NCBI GenBank assembly: GCA_000320545.1
Contig: ADNK01000041.1
Coordinates: 1-64,000, forward strand
DNA length: 64,000 nucleotides
Source of the DNA: Bigelowiella natans CCMP2755
Lineage: Eukaryota > Protista > Cercozoa
Direction of reading: 5' to 3'
Part shown: piece by piece, positions 1 to 14,049 of the stretch
Position numbering within the stretch: position 1 is the stretch's first letter
Layout: each line of letters opens with the position of its first letter
The notes under the pieces: model-generated
Told to the model about the DNA's origin: nothing
The model's input: the letters and a program-made list of their open reading frames with translations, nothing else
Databases searched by the model: none
Made by a program: the position numbers and the translations under genes

Positions 1-115
1 GATCGGAGTTCGGACGATGATGGTCAATCGTCATAACTCCTCACATGGCCTGAGGATTGATATGAAGGGCATTTGCGACCGCGTGAGAGCCATTCCTGGG
101 GTATGTACGTAAACT

Positions 116-174
<59 letters not shown>

Positions 175-1070
175 CATTCTTTTTTGTGCGGTTGAGTGTA
201 AAAGAAGCAAGATTCTTTTAAATGATCGTCACCATTCATTCGCATTTCATTGTTGATAATTATTATCTTCTTCTTCCCCCCCCCCTCCCTTCATTCAGGC
301 AAATCTAGGCCGTTACGAACGTAATCTATGGCCTCAGAGGCGGGAACTGATGTAATATAAATCGACGTGCATATGAGCACATATGTATACGCGTGTATTT
401 AAGTATTTTGTGTGTGTTCAAAGAGGCTATCTGACACATCACATGCACGTTATTCAAGTATTAATTTATCTCTTCCACCGTTCTTTCTTGCCTTGTCGGT
501 CGTCCTCTCTCTCTCCCCCCCCCCCCATGTCTCTTTTTATATAGGTATATTAAACGGCGAGTTGGAATGGGTAGGTCATCGAATAATATCGTAGAGGAGG
601 AAGAGGAGGAGGAGGAGCTGGGATGATGAGGACGATGCTCTTTTACCGGCAAAGAGCTAATTCCTCCTTCCCCATTCCACCACCATAACCTCCTCCTCCT
701 CGTCCTCCTCCTCCTACCGCTGCTACTAGTAGTAGTGCGCTGCACTCGCTGCTTTAACAATAGAGGGTCTTTGCTGTCAGCTGTAGCTAGCCATGATTGA
801 TGGGAGAGTTGTATTTGTTCTTGAATGCGAGCTGTTATAGCTATTGCTGCTGTTGTTGTATTGTCGTCGCCATCACCATCATCATATCATCATCATCATC
901 ATCATCATCACCATCGTTAATGATTAGTCATCATCATCTATAACGACGAGCTGCTGTTATTTCCAGGGGTGTGTGTCGATGCTGCGGGTGGGTACGACTC
1001 CGACGACTCCGATGGCGCTCCAGGTGATAGGAATGAAAAGAACTTTCATCTGAAACAGCGATTCTGCACC

Positions 1071-1106
<36 letters not shown>

Positions 1107-1370
1107 GAGAGAGAGACGGGTTGGAGGGGGGCACCCAAAGATGTACGACTATATATTAATATTGAATGATATAATTTCGGATGTGTCCTCTACCGAGAGA
1201 GCGTATTGACCCCAATTTCCACCGATCTTTGTTTTTCTTAGAGGGGGGCAAGCTGATGAGAATGAACATCGTTACAGCGCACGAAACCAGTAGTACACCC
1301 GAATATGATTGCACTTACCGTTTGCCATATTCTGAAAATACCACACACACAAACATATAAATGTATATAT

Positions 1371-1413
<43 letters not shown>

Positions 1414-2247
1414 ATGTGTGTGTGTGTGTGTGTGTGCACTCACGCCCTTTGCGAATATAACCACACTATATATTATGAATAGGGGTCTCCTGTGGAGATG
1501 TCGTCGATCTGAGGATAAGCCAAGGTCGCCACCACTCCTACCGCAATCATGCTGCCGTCGTTGTCTAAGTAGTAGCAAAACTGGTACAAGCACGGGAGGA
1601 TGTGCTACTACTGCAACGATTGCTCTTGATAGATTTCATTTTCTCCTTATAATGAAGGATGATTTCTATTCCCTCTGCTGCACAAATAATGTCACACAGG
1701 GAACCGTCGTTGTATGGTCGTGCTGTGTGATGACGACCAAGTGCGCGTCGAGCCTACACCTTGCGAGGATGGAAATAAGAATCATGGTGAGAGGATCGTC
1801 ATCATCTTCATAATGGCTTCTATGTTCCTTCCCATCTCACTCCCCCCCCCCCCCCCCCCCGGGGGGGGTCTTTTTCTCTCTCATTCTCCCTCTCTACCTA
1901 TAGTCTATACGCACGTGTTGTAATGGAAGTAAATATATACGTCTAACACGTATACATAATATATATATATATATATATATATATCAAATGTTTCATGTTT
2001 GCTGTCTCCCAGGTGATGACGATGATGAGGACGAAGATGAAGATGACAACGAAGGTAGAGTTGCGCAGCTAGGTGATACTGCCTTGTGCTTGTAAGATCG
2101 AGCCGCAACCAACAGTCGTCGTTGGGGCTCTCATCTTATGCAAAGCGAGCTCGGTTTGCGTGCGTATGCGTGATGACATGATGATGATTCTCAGGAGGAG
2201 GAGGAGGAGGAGAACACGGTGATGACGATGACGACGACGATGATGAT

Positions 2248-2322
<75 letters not shown>

Positions 2323-2649
2323 CCCCCCCCCCCCACAACAGCAACAACGCACGACGCGACATGACACGACCTTACACTACACAACACAAACAAGGATACA
2401 CCCATGATGCAAAGCCTGACTCGGACGACGATGACCTAGCATACGCAGCGAGGATGAGGCGCATTGGCGGTGTTGCGGGAGCCCGAGGGCGTGGAGGGGT
2501 GTACGTTAACTCACGTGTTCGCATCACTGTCTCGCCTCTCATCGAATGGCGGCAAATGCTTGGTAGTAGTAGCAGTAGTAGTAGTAGTGGTAGTAGTAGT
2601 AGTAGTAGTAGTAGGGATATGGTATTGTTCCAGTAGTATTGTTGTAGTT

Positions 2650-2683
<34 letters not shown>

Positions 2684-3600
2684 GGGTGACAATGGAGATG
2701 ATAAAATGAAGATGATGGTGGTGGCGATAATGATGAAGATGGTGATGACGGTGGTGCCAACATATGTTCATCTCTTCTTCCTCCTCCTCCTCCTCCTCCT
2801 CCTCCTCCTACAGGAGAGGTGTTCCGAACTGTCAGGCAGCTCTACTGGCTTCGATTCACGCACACAAACACGTGTGATACCGTCGCTCGGAGGAGGAATA
2901 GGAAGGGGGGGGGCGATGGGAAGACGGAGTCATCGTCGTCGTCGTCGTCGTCAGCATCGAGTTTCCCGCTTGCCGCGTTCCAAGAGCGCCTCATTGCCTC
3001 AAACTTCCGCCAGCCTATGCTGCAGATGTAAGTTGTAGACATGATGACGAGGAAGATGATGTGGCAGCCGATTATGTTTAATATGGCCTCCCCCCCCCCA
3101 CCCTCTTTCTTTCTTTCTTTCTTTCTTTCTGTTCTCCGTCTCTCGCAGGTACATGCAGGAGGTGCTTCCTCGCGTGCGGTGCAAGAGAGAGTGGGTCGAC
3201 CTGCTGGAGAACATGATGAATAACCTGCCCAACAGTCACGTGGACGTCATCTCGGTTGATTCGTGTAGCATGATAGAATGATGATGATGATGATACTAAA
3301 AAATGCTAGAAACGGTAATGATGAGCACATCTCGATATTAGGGGGGCATTATCCTACCCAGATTTTAATTTTTCCTTCATTTACCCAGCAGCGCGCTGCA
3401 TGATGTTCCTTTACTAAATTATCTTTTCAAACGAAGCGCTTGATTTAAATCAACACACAACTACAACAACAACAACAAATCTAGGCAGGAATCCCAGATG
3501 GCACGGCAGAGGCACCCCCCCAGCTGGCCACCACTACCGGTTATTTCCAAACGTTTTTATCTAGCCGCTGTAAAAATGCAGTTGAGTATAATTATATATG

Positions 3601-3642
<42 letters not shown>

Positions 3643-3946
3643 GAGAGAGAGAAGGAGGGAAAAAAGGGGGGAAGATTCTTTACTTGCATATTGGGGAGGA
3701 TACGCCTTCTTTCTCGTAACACCGAGTCGTAATAATGCTCTCTCAGCAAAACAAGGCCTTCTGGGCGGAACGTTCAAGTGGGATGATGCAAAGCACGGTG
3801 ATGATGACGACGATGATGATGAAGATGAGGATGATGATGAAGATGACGCCATGTCCAGATTGATCATCGTGACGCATTTTCCTGCAATGTGACGCTTTGA
3901 TTGTCACATGTCGCTGTGTTCAGCGAGCAGCCTTGACGATCCCATA

Positions 3947-4019
<73 letters not shown>

Positions 4020-4121
4020 TTGGGATGTCTCGGCCCCAAAGGATATCGAGTCATGAGCGTGGTTAGAGGAGACGAATGGAGCGATAAGGTAACACAACAG
4101 AAGCTGAAACCCCACACATCC

Positions 4122-4162
<41 letters not shown>

Positions 4163-4452
4163 CAATATCTGGGATATATGCACAATGAAAAGCTTCCCTA
4201 TTTGAAGAAACACGGTGTGATTGATGACGGCAGGTGGGGGGTCCTCTGACAAGACTGGGCCTAGACGTGAGGAAGGTAATTGTGGCGTGTGTTTGTTAAC
4301 CATCGGTGTGCTATTCGTGTTGTTATCATGAACAGCGCATCGGCACACCACTTCCAACCTCTTGATTCAAGCAGCGTACATGCAAAATAATAATGCACAT
4401 ACCTACATATATCAGGGAGATCTCATCGTTTCGCTCAATAGGAAGCTGCTAT

Positions 4453-4497
<45 letters not shown>

Positions 4498-4841
4498 TTC
4501 TTTATTCTTTTTTTTGGCTGGTCTTCGCGCTTGTTTTCCTTGTAAGCGTCCTTGCGCGACAACAACCCTATGATGTATACGGCTTGCATGTTTGCATCCT
4601 CCTCTTCCTCCTATTATTACTTGCATTATGACCTCCTCATCGCTAATTTTCTGCTGCTGCTGCTGCTGCTCACTGATCTCGTAGGGGAGAGGGCAAGAGG
4701 GGTGGATTTTCACGGTAAATGATACATGAATGAATCTGGAAGGGGAGGGGCACGGTTGAATGAGTCAATTCCCATATTTTAAAGGACTCTATTGGAGTTA
4801 GATTTTGTGCTGATGTTTGCTACTCTTCTTTGCGTCTTTGC

Positions 4842-4885
<44 letters not shown>

Positions 4886-5200
4886 CCCTCTCTCACTCAC
4901 TCTACTGAGTCTCTCTCTCTCTCTCTCTCTCTCTTGTTGTGTGTGTATATATATGTGTGTGTGTATATATGTGTGTGTGTGTTTGTGTGTGTGTGTGTGC
5001 TGAAGAAGTGGCTACCATCAACGCCTCTGTGCTATTACCCCCGTTGTTTGCCCTGACCCTATAATAATAACCGGTAGAATGCTTGCTGGGTGTGCTGGGA
5101 GGGAGGTGCTGCTAACGGTAGTGGAGAAGGATCCCAGCTACGAATGCTTGGAGTATCACATCTCCTCTGACCTACCCAAAGGGCAAAGAAGAGGAGGTGA

Positions 5201-5239
<39 letters not shown>

Positions 5240-5266
5240 GTCTTCCTCTAGTATATGTTTGTATGT

Positions 5267-5303
<37 letters not shown>

Positions 5304-6065
5304 TTTATCCGTATGTGTAAAGGCAAGATCACGAGCGACGATGATTCATCTTCTTTCGGGATGATGGAGCTCTCCGGAAATGGTAATGCTGTTGCTGCTG
5401 CTGCTGCTTTGCCATGTATCGATGGGCTACTTCATACTCGAAATGGAGGATCGCTTACAAGCCTTGTATGCGACGTAGTAACCACCGAATCCTATTTACT
5501 ATTTTTTATCCAGACAACGCTCCTTCCAAGTCAAAGCTCTCCAAATCTCAGCGCAAGAGGCAAGACACAACTGCTTCGCTAATATTTGTCTGCTTGCAAG
5601 AAATGCTTTTCGTCACGATGATGACGACGAGTGGAAAGAAGGGCGACGGGGGAGCTTATAGCCTACTGCTGCTGCTGCTGCTGCTGCTGTATATTCTCAA
5701 TCAGGCTCAAGAAGAAAAAGGCGAAGATGGCCGCTAAGGCTGCGGAGGAGGAAGGGAAGAGCTCGGCCGCGATTAGCAAATCTGGTCAGTATATATATAT
5801 GCCCAGCTGCAACACGTGCGGCTGAATCGATCGTAGGAGTAGCAAAGGCCTTTTGTACATGCTGTTTGCTCCTATTCCTTGCGTGTTGGTTTTCCTTTGC
5901 TTTCCATTATTTTCTTCCCGAGTCTGATCAGTCGTTTCTATCTCGTGGCTCCTTCATGCCTATCCTCTTCCTTCCTTCGGTGCTGCAGGCAACGGCGGGG
6001 GTGTCGCCCAACGCAGCGTGATGAGCGAATCGAAGCGATTTATACATCTGCACAAGACCAAAGAA

Positions 6066-6105
<40 letters not shown>

Positions 6106-6517
6106 GTCTCGCCCCCCTCCCACTTTCCCTTTCTCTGCAAGAAAGTCAAACAGCATAGCTACTGTTACGACTCTATTTCTGTACCGCACAATGCCCCTGT
6201 CTAGAGCCGAAGTAGCGCTGTCGTAATCGTGATTATCATCATCATTAGTATCATCATCATCATCGTCATCACCATCATCAGCTGAGCTTACCCCCCCCCT
6301 CCCCCTTAATGTAAAAGGTATGCGGACTGTACGAGTACAGTGCGTGTCCTCCGAGGAGGACATTGATATAAGGTGCTTTTGCTCCTGCCTTTTTGCACTA
6401 GACGCACAAAGAAGAAGATGAAGAAGAAGAAAGAGGAGGAGGAGACGGGCAGCTTGACAAAATCAGCAGAGATAGCATACGTGTTCATTGAGTGTGAATA
6501 AGACGCGTGAGTAACAA

Positions 6518-6549
<32 letters not shown>

Positions 6550-7832
6550 CCAAGCATATCATCTATTTACGCTATACAAAAGAGTCATCTCTGTATAAAT
6601 CCCACCAAAGCAGCGCGTAATTGAGAATGTAACATCTCTCCGTAAGATATCGTGACTGGGTGAGGCTGGCCACGCAGCATGTCCACACCGAGAGTGCAGG
6701 TAATAATTACGAAAGACAATGACGACAACGACGCTGTGGCGGGAGAACGTTTCACACAACATGCTAAAAACATGCTCGCAGTAGTACTAGTAGTGGTAGT
6801 GTTTGTAGTGGTTGTATTTGTAGTAGTAGTAGTAGTGTGAACTAGATGTCGCAGCCTAGTTTTCCTCTTCATCTGTGTGTATGAGCATAATGATGGGAGT
6901 CATAAACGCTCTGGGAGGAGGAGTAGGAGGAGGAGGAGGAGGAGGAGGAGGATGAGAGGGACATATTGCAATACTGCACGCATGCACATTCCCTCTTCTG
7001 TAGGCAAGCTGGGGTATGTTCATGTGTCTGAGATGGAAAAGAAAGGATTTGCGGATTTCATCCGAAGCTACTCCGTCGAAAGCGAACGGTATTTTCCACC
7101 CACCCCCTCCCTTTTCTTTACATGCAGAAGTATACAAGTGAGTACACCGGTGTTATCTTTACTCAGAGACGGCATCATCCTTGATCTGAGAGGCAATGCT
7201 GGAGGGTGAGAAGGCGAAATCTAATAGTAGAACGCGCAGCTGCTATTCCTATACTTGCTGATATATACCTGATAATTTGATAATTGAAGGAAAAGCGTAG
7301 CTGAAATCTCCTTGCTTCCCCTCCATCACCATCCCCTCCCTCCCTCCCTCCCTCCCTCCCTCTCTTATGAGTGCCAGTTGTTGAGAAAACTACAATGTTT
7401 CCCCTCATCAGAAACTGCTCCCCTCTCATGCTCGACGCTCTGTCAAGGAAGGTGTGGCATCTCCCTCTAAGGAAAGAAGGGGAGGGGCGAGAGACGAAAG
7501 GAGTAGTAGGAGTAGTGACAGCGGCGCATCGAATCCGTACTCACGCTATGCTTCCTTTTTGATCAAAGGCGCTCGGGGTTCACATGCCTCGCCATGGCCA
7601 TGCAACGAGCTTCCCCCCGCAGCTGCCTGGGAGACGACAGGTGCGGTGCCGTATTTCGCTATAATCCATGCTGATCCATGGTTCAAACATTATGTTTGTG
7701 TGTTGTGTGTGTATGTGTGTTTTATAGGTTATTGTGGCCCTCATCAACGAGGACACGTGCAGCGATGGCGAGGGTGCGGCATATACCAGCAAGCATTGTT
7801 AATAGATAGCCTGCGGATATACGCGTGTGCGT

Positions 7833-7870
<38 letters not shown>

Positions 7871-8813
7871 ATGTAAATGTTCTCTAAAAATATGTGTAAT
7901 TTATACTGTTTTCCCAGGTCTTGCTCACTCCCTGAAAGAGCTGAAAATCGCTACGTGCGGCCCTACTAATTTTGCATCATGATGCACGAGCTTGGCGCTG
8001 CGCCTCTGGTGTCCACCGCACTGACAATTCATATCCCCGTTCTCCCGCAGGATAATGGGTACTCGAACGTGGGGAGGCGTTATCGTGACAGCGGACGTAA
8101 GGCCTCTAAGCAGCTACATCTACGATATGTCTTGTAGTGTCTTCTCTGTCGTCATCACCGCCTCATCATCTCATCATGGCCACCATTATTATTCACCAGA
8201 GCGTGGAGCTGGTAGATGGCACTTCGATCGGCCTGCCAACAGAGGGGTTCTATCTGAAAGGAGCTGCTCTTGGTAATGATAATAGGCTCAACGCTCATCA
8301 ATTCACTTAATCCACCAATCCATCAATCCACCAATCATCGACCCAACAATGTCCGGAGATCAGAGAAAGTCCGCAACGACGACGAACGCTCCTGCATGAG
8401 ATTCGAGCTGCGTATTCTCTCGTTAGATTGACATTTACTCACAAGTCCGTTCTTGCTGCTGCTCTGCTCCGCTCCATTGTCGCATGTGCTTATCATTTCT
8501 AGGGCTGGAAAACTTTGGTGTCTCCCCGCACATCGTCGTAGAGGACCCACCGTTCTTGGTCACCACCCCAAAAAGGAAAGGAGGGGTGAAACCATCGATG
8601 CGGGAGGGGGCCTCGTTGACGGGATATGGGCCGCCGAGAGGTCCCTCACAGGACCCACAGCTCTCAGCAGCTATTGGGGAGGCCATGTCGCAGCTCGTTG
8701 CCAAGACGAATAAGAAGAACGAGAGGCGGGAGAATGAAAAAGTCGAAATAGACGATTTTGCATCCCTTGAAACAGCAGCAATTGGAAGCTCGAGACAGCA
8801 GCATGAAAAGTAG
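1..8813 (+). CDS. tri: Tricorn protease homolog (peptidase S41, C1-PDZ-C2 region), >25 exons, 5' end outside window
   Basis: Spliced exons give IDMKGICDRVRAIPG (2-100); RVRITVSPLIEWRQMLG/EVFRTVRQLYW (ends 2562, resumes 2814); YMQEVLPRVRCKREWVDLLENMMNNLPNSHVDV (~3149-3253); PDZ-like KQGLLGGTFKWDD/GYRVMSVVRGDEWSDK/VGGPLTRLGLDVRK/GDLIVSLN; YRDWVR; KLGYVHVSEM; DGIILDLRGNAGG; ALINEDTCSDGE; IMGTRTWGGV; GLENFGVSPH...DPQLSAAI; stop at 8811-8813. Motif order matches tricorn. Confidence 0.9.
2563..2760 (+). repeat. Compound intronic microsatellite (GTA)n/(GAT)n, representative of dozens of (TA)n, (TG)n, (TC)n, (CAT)n, (TAG)n, (GAG)n tracts
   Basis: Directly visible; such tracts lie mostly within introns throughout the window. 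Confidence 0.95.
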
Positions 8814-9622
8814 TGATTATATACATGGGAAGAGACCGAGCCATGACCTACGTTTAATGCAGGTGGCCAGTAGTATGCGTGGAAATGTAAACATCATCTT
8901 ATCATACATCATAGTAGTAAAGCATAGCCAAATCTGCATGCAGTGCAGCCCACATTCACCGGCGGGGCACATCTGCCTGTACATACTGCGAAATATCGCA
9001 CACTGCGCTTGCAAGTTAAGGCTCACGCCCGCCGCATTATTCGGTTCCTCGTTTGCATGTCATATAAGCGCTGTGCTTTGGCCGCTGCTTTCCATAGCTA
9101 CATTGGGATGGCTGTTGAAATTTTTGAAGCTATACATTACGTCCGTCGCATATGCTACACAACACTGAAGTAGACCTACTGCTACTAGCGACAGCCGCAT
9201 AACACCATTTTGTACACAATTCGCTACAACGTTTAATTTGGTACGTATCGCGCAGGCGCATTGCCCATCCAGACTGCACTTCACAGGCGGGCGCTCACTC
9301 ATTACGTGCAGACGTAACTGTCCGGTATAAGTTTAAGTATATAACGTTATGACATTTTAAATTTATTGGATGAATATAGGTTTCATCATCAAGAACGATG
9401 GCACATGTTTTTGAAGCGTAATATATACTAAGGCCGCAATGGTTGAAAATAACCTGGTCGAGGTACTTTCTACTCAGCGATACGACACTCGTCATGGCTG
9501 CTACTCCATATCTTCCTGCGCTGGGTTTTTGATTAACGGGTTCTGACAGAAATCACAATAAATGCTGAAAAGGCCAAGAAAGGATTTAATGGTGGAGGTT
9601 GAGGATGGGCTACACGCAGCAG

Positions 9623-10347
9623 TTAACAACGACGACTACCAACTCTCGCAACCTGCAAAACGTGTCGGCGCTCCTGGCAAAGCGCGCAGCACGGACAGAA
9701 TAAATGCACTTGACAATCGTACTTTGATGCCTGTGAGCGCATTCGAGAAAAACACGTAGAAGGAAGTCAGGTGAGACCGGCTAATAAAATGCTTATCAAA
9801 TTGGACCCCGCTTTCACAATCCGTTCCCTCCTCATTTGTCAGCAATATATATATATATATATAAATATATATATATGTAATTAGTCTCCTTCTTTTATAA
9901 TGAAGTGCGCTACTGCTGCGATCATGATCAAGACAAGTGGTTGGTAGGGAAGGTGGTGGTTGGAGGGGATGGTGGGAGGGGCAGTAATGAATGACCGGAA
10001 GGCCAAACTTTCTTCTGAACGCAGCCCTTCGAACCGGTGCTATGCACGGGTAGCAACAGCAGTACCTACATCATAATTCCCCGTAATAATAATACAAACT
10101 ATAAAAGGGTGTCCAAGTGTTTGTGTTTCACGATCGGTTCCATGAGTGGCCGCAGCATGGCTTGTTGATATAGACGCACACGGGGACGATGAGAAACATT
10201 ACATGAAGAGCTCGCAATTATAGTCGTGATGGAGAGTCTCTGCAGAGTTTTCAGCAGCTGTTTTTATATTGGGGTAATTCATTATTAATGATGAATTGAT
10301 GATACACTGAAGGAAGCTGACATTTAGCTATTCAGGGTTAATTTCTC

Positions 10348-10383
<36 letters not shown>

Positions 10384-11264
10384 CCCCCCCCCGCTGATGC
10401 TCCCACCATCGTCTAAGAATAAGCAGATAGTATACCAACGCAACAAGGGCAGAAGAAAACTTTTACTGCCAGTCCAGGGCGGTTGCAGCACGCCCAGAGA
10501 GAGTCTATGAACGACGTCGTAATAAGTTTTATGATGATGGCGACAGGAATGAATCAAAGAAGCATTTTCAGAGCATCACCCTCAAATTCCACTGGGCCTT
10601 TTTTCACTAAATTTTTGTTTTCATCATCCTTCTGGAAATACTGGTATGCAGCACCGCCTGATTCGTAGTAAAGGGGAGGTCATCGTATTTGTGTGCGTCG
10701 CGCATGCATGCATGTGTGGAGGAGGATCAAGTTTGTGGGAATATAAAAGGATGGAGGATGATGACCAACTTACTTACCCGGATTTGCAGCTGATCCAGTA
10801 GGCATCTGGCAAAGTAGAATCAACAAATCTCAGTTATGATTGAAAGGCTGATAACGGCCACAAGCTTTTGACAAGAGTCAACGTTATCCGAACGACGACA
10901 GCTATTATTGATTTTTTTTATGTAACTTCGGATATTACCCCCCCCCCCCCCCCCCCAAGATTCCACCCCCGCCCACACATGACAGCCTAGCAACAACAAA
11001 AAGAGATGTTAGTCTACCGTACGATCGAACGGAATGGAGGAAGCACGAACACCCTAGATCTAATCCGTCGCAGAATCTATATCTTGGACGGCGACGACGA
11101 CGACGAACACAACAGGCGAATTCGGCACAGCGTCAATGTATCTCGGATGAATATGTTAAAAAATACAGGTCATTATTCGCCCAAACGAGACAGATTCATT
11201 CCGCTGCCTATCCCCGTCATGTCGCGCGTGAAGAAACCGCTGGCTCGCACTGCTGATTGATCAT
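9623..11264 (-). CDS. PLAC8-family cysteine-rich protein (multi-exon)
   Basis: Spliced minus-strand exons: DSLWACCNRPGLAVKVFFCPCCV, YCCCYPCIAPVRRAAFRRKFGLP, DCQVHLFCPCCALCQERR; stop at 9623-9625. Start (MINQQCEPA at 11264) is tentative. Confidence 0.85.
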
Positions 11265-11455
11265 CGAAAGAATGGTGAGTCGCTATTTAGAAAGAAATAG
11301 GTAAAAATTACGACGCGATTTTACCGAAATATCACCTCTGCGGAAAGGCGAGTAGGATATGTGTCACTGTCTAGTCGCAGGAAGAGTTTGTGGGTTATTT
11401 TGGTTCAATTTAGTTTTTATTCGCATTCGTTCTTCGCAGACTCGAGAGGGACAAA
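11265..11455. promoter_or_regulatory. Putative bidirectional promoter PLAC8/RMND5
   Basis: About 190 bp between divergent start codons; A/T tracts with CG words (gattttaccgaaat). Confidence 0.55.
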
Positions 11456-12166
11456 ATGGCTTCCGACTCGGCTCCTGAGGCCCTTCTGGAGCAGATGTTC
11501 AAAGAATGCCAAGCCGTGGCCGCCACTCACCAAAAAACGTATGATTGAAGGAAAGAAAGAAATTCTTATCCAATTTCCCCCACTCGTTTTCCCTCGCAAA
11601 TAGGGAGTGGAAAGAGAGAGAAAATTTTTCCGATGTCGTCGGTGAGAAGGGGTAGAAAAGGCAACATTGCCAGTTGGCAAACCTGGCTCTTCTTGACTTT
11701 GAACCGAAAATGGTCATGAACAATAATGATCTACTAGGTACACAAATGGGTTGCTCGTAGTGAACGGCATGATAAATCGACTAGAGAAGGCCTTAGGAAA
11801 AGCAACGAAGAGGCCGTTGACGCTTGATAAATCCGAGAAGCTGTGCGATTCCCTTCTAGATGGCAAGCCCCACATCAAGTACCTATACTAAAAACTACAT
11901 TTTTTTTGGTTTTTCATTGACACAGTCAAAAAACATGGTTCCTCAATTTACCTTAAATCCCTGCTAATATTGTCTGATATGTAACTCCAAGCTCGGTGTG
12001 GTCGATATAATCGTTATTCCTTCTCAGGTTGGCCCGAGAGTTTAAAGAATTGTACGGATCTGTTCAGCAACTTGGTAGAACAATCGATCGAAATTTGAAA
12101 CGTGCATCCGATGCGTTCGAAAACCAAACTGAAGGGGTCAGGGGCCAAGTCAACAGCAGCAGTAGT

Positions 12167-12197
<31 letters not shown>

Positions 12198-13571
12198 CCT
12201 GCAAATTACAAAGTGCGGCTGGCCCGTCTTTCTCCTCGAAAGAACTTGCCCGAGTGATAATTCATTCGTTGATGCGGAGGGGGAAATTTGAAACTGCGGA
12301 TTTGGTGGCGCGAGAGCTGAAGCTTGACGGCTCACGCATTGTTCCAACAGCGACAAGGAAGGCCTTCGAGCACATGCACCACTGCCGCCTCGCGCTTGAG
12401 AAGAAAAATATCGTCCCCGTGCTCGAGTGGACACAACAACAGCAAGAACTTCTAGAAAAGGACGATTCTTCGACGACCACAACGACGATGACGATGTCCA
12501 CAGCATGTACCTCGAGCAGCTCAGAGAAGGAGGGGGGGGGTAACGACTCACGCACTCACCTGATGCGCTCTAGGATAAGAGACCTTAAATTCCAACTTCT
12601 TAGACTTCGTTACCTGCAGTTAGTGCAGGAAGACATACGCAACCCCACGGCATCGTCCTCGTCATCGTCATCGTCATCGTCGCAGCAAGCACAACGCAAT
12701 AATACCCCTGCAGCCTCACACGCCAACGGCAACGGATCCTCCCCCTCCTCGTCCAGTATCGCCAATTCTTCTTCCCCTTTACCTTCATCCACCGCTACTT
12801 CTGCCATGAGCAGTAAGCTGCATGTTTCCAACGGAAGTAGTAATAGTAGTAGTAGTAGTAGTAGTAGCAGCAGTCGTTGTCGTCGTCGTAATAGTAGTAG
12901 CTTCTCCAAGCCTATAGCGTTTGCTCGACGATGGTTTGTTGAGTTTGCTCGTGATCGACAGAGAGATATTGAGAGACTAGCAGGGGCTCTGCTCTTCGCG
13001 AGCGATATCCCAAATTCCCCTTACCGAGACCTGTACTCGGATGAGGCTTGGCAGGTACTCAGAGCTGCTGGCTGCTACCAATCTCATCACCACCACTAAA
13101 TTACCCACCATGCATCTCTCTCTCCACAAACACACACACACACACAAGCTGCACACTATTTTATCATGTCGGTCGTCATTTAAGGGTATTTATGTTAATG
13201 CCCGTCTGAGGTGGTGATCTATTCGCCTCGTCTCTACTTTCTTAATCGGTTGCGTTTTTCCCCCGTTTGATCTTCGACTACTCTCCCTTGTTGTTGTCCT
13301 CCTTTCTTTCCTTCAAAAGAACGTGATGCAGCACTTCGAATCGACCTTCTGCAGAGCTCACGGCTTTGCAGGGAGAGACCCTCTCATGGTAGCAACATTG
13401 GCCAGCGACATCGCTCTTCCAAAGCGCGCCAAATATACTGCAGTCGTTCGGCGTTCCAGCGGCACGTCTCTGCTTGATAGAAAGGATGATGCGCTGCCAG
13501 AAATAAACTTGGGGAAGAAGATGCAGTTTCATTCCACGTTTGTTTGCCCCATATCGAAGGTGTCTTTTTTT

Positions 13572-13640
<69 letters not shown>

Positions 13641-13872
13641 GTACAAGATTTTATATGTCGCTTGTGCCATGGTTGATGTCGTTGGTGTTACCTTACCTTA
13701 TCAAAAGGAACTCGCGACGCAATCAAATCCCCCCGTGCTCCTTACCTGCGGTCATGCGATATCTCGGGATGCAATGCTCAAGATGACTAGAACAAGGCGG
13801 AGCAACCTTATAAAATGCCCCACATGTCCGGTTGAGAGCAATGTGTCCAATGTGACAACAATGATCTTCTGA
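11456..13872 (+). CDS. RMND5: RMND5/GID2 RING E3 ligase subunit of the CTLH complex
   Basis: LisH (ELARVIIHSLMRRGKFETADLVARE), CTLH (ALEKKNIVPVLEW), CRA region, and C-terminal RING FHSTFVCPISKE...NPPVLLTCGHAISRDA...KCPTCP; start MASDSAPE at 11456. Confidence 0.9.
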
Positions 13873-14049
13873 CTCACCCAATCGCGGTTTATGCGCATAT
13901 TGCACTGGAAACTCGAACGTTGTAGATACGTGATTAAATCCTTTCCCGGGTTGTCAGAAAAGCTAGCGACAAACAAACGCCATCTTGCAACATAAATTAT
14001 ATGGTGCAAAGGTGATTCCTGCGTCATCAATGGTGCCGCCATTATGTGT

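Noticed and set aside
3149-3281. In-frame stop at ~3279 suggesting a separate gene ending here
   Set aside because: A GT donor at ~3254 and continuous tricorn motif order (C1 then PDZ) show that 1-8813 is one gene.
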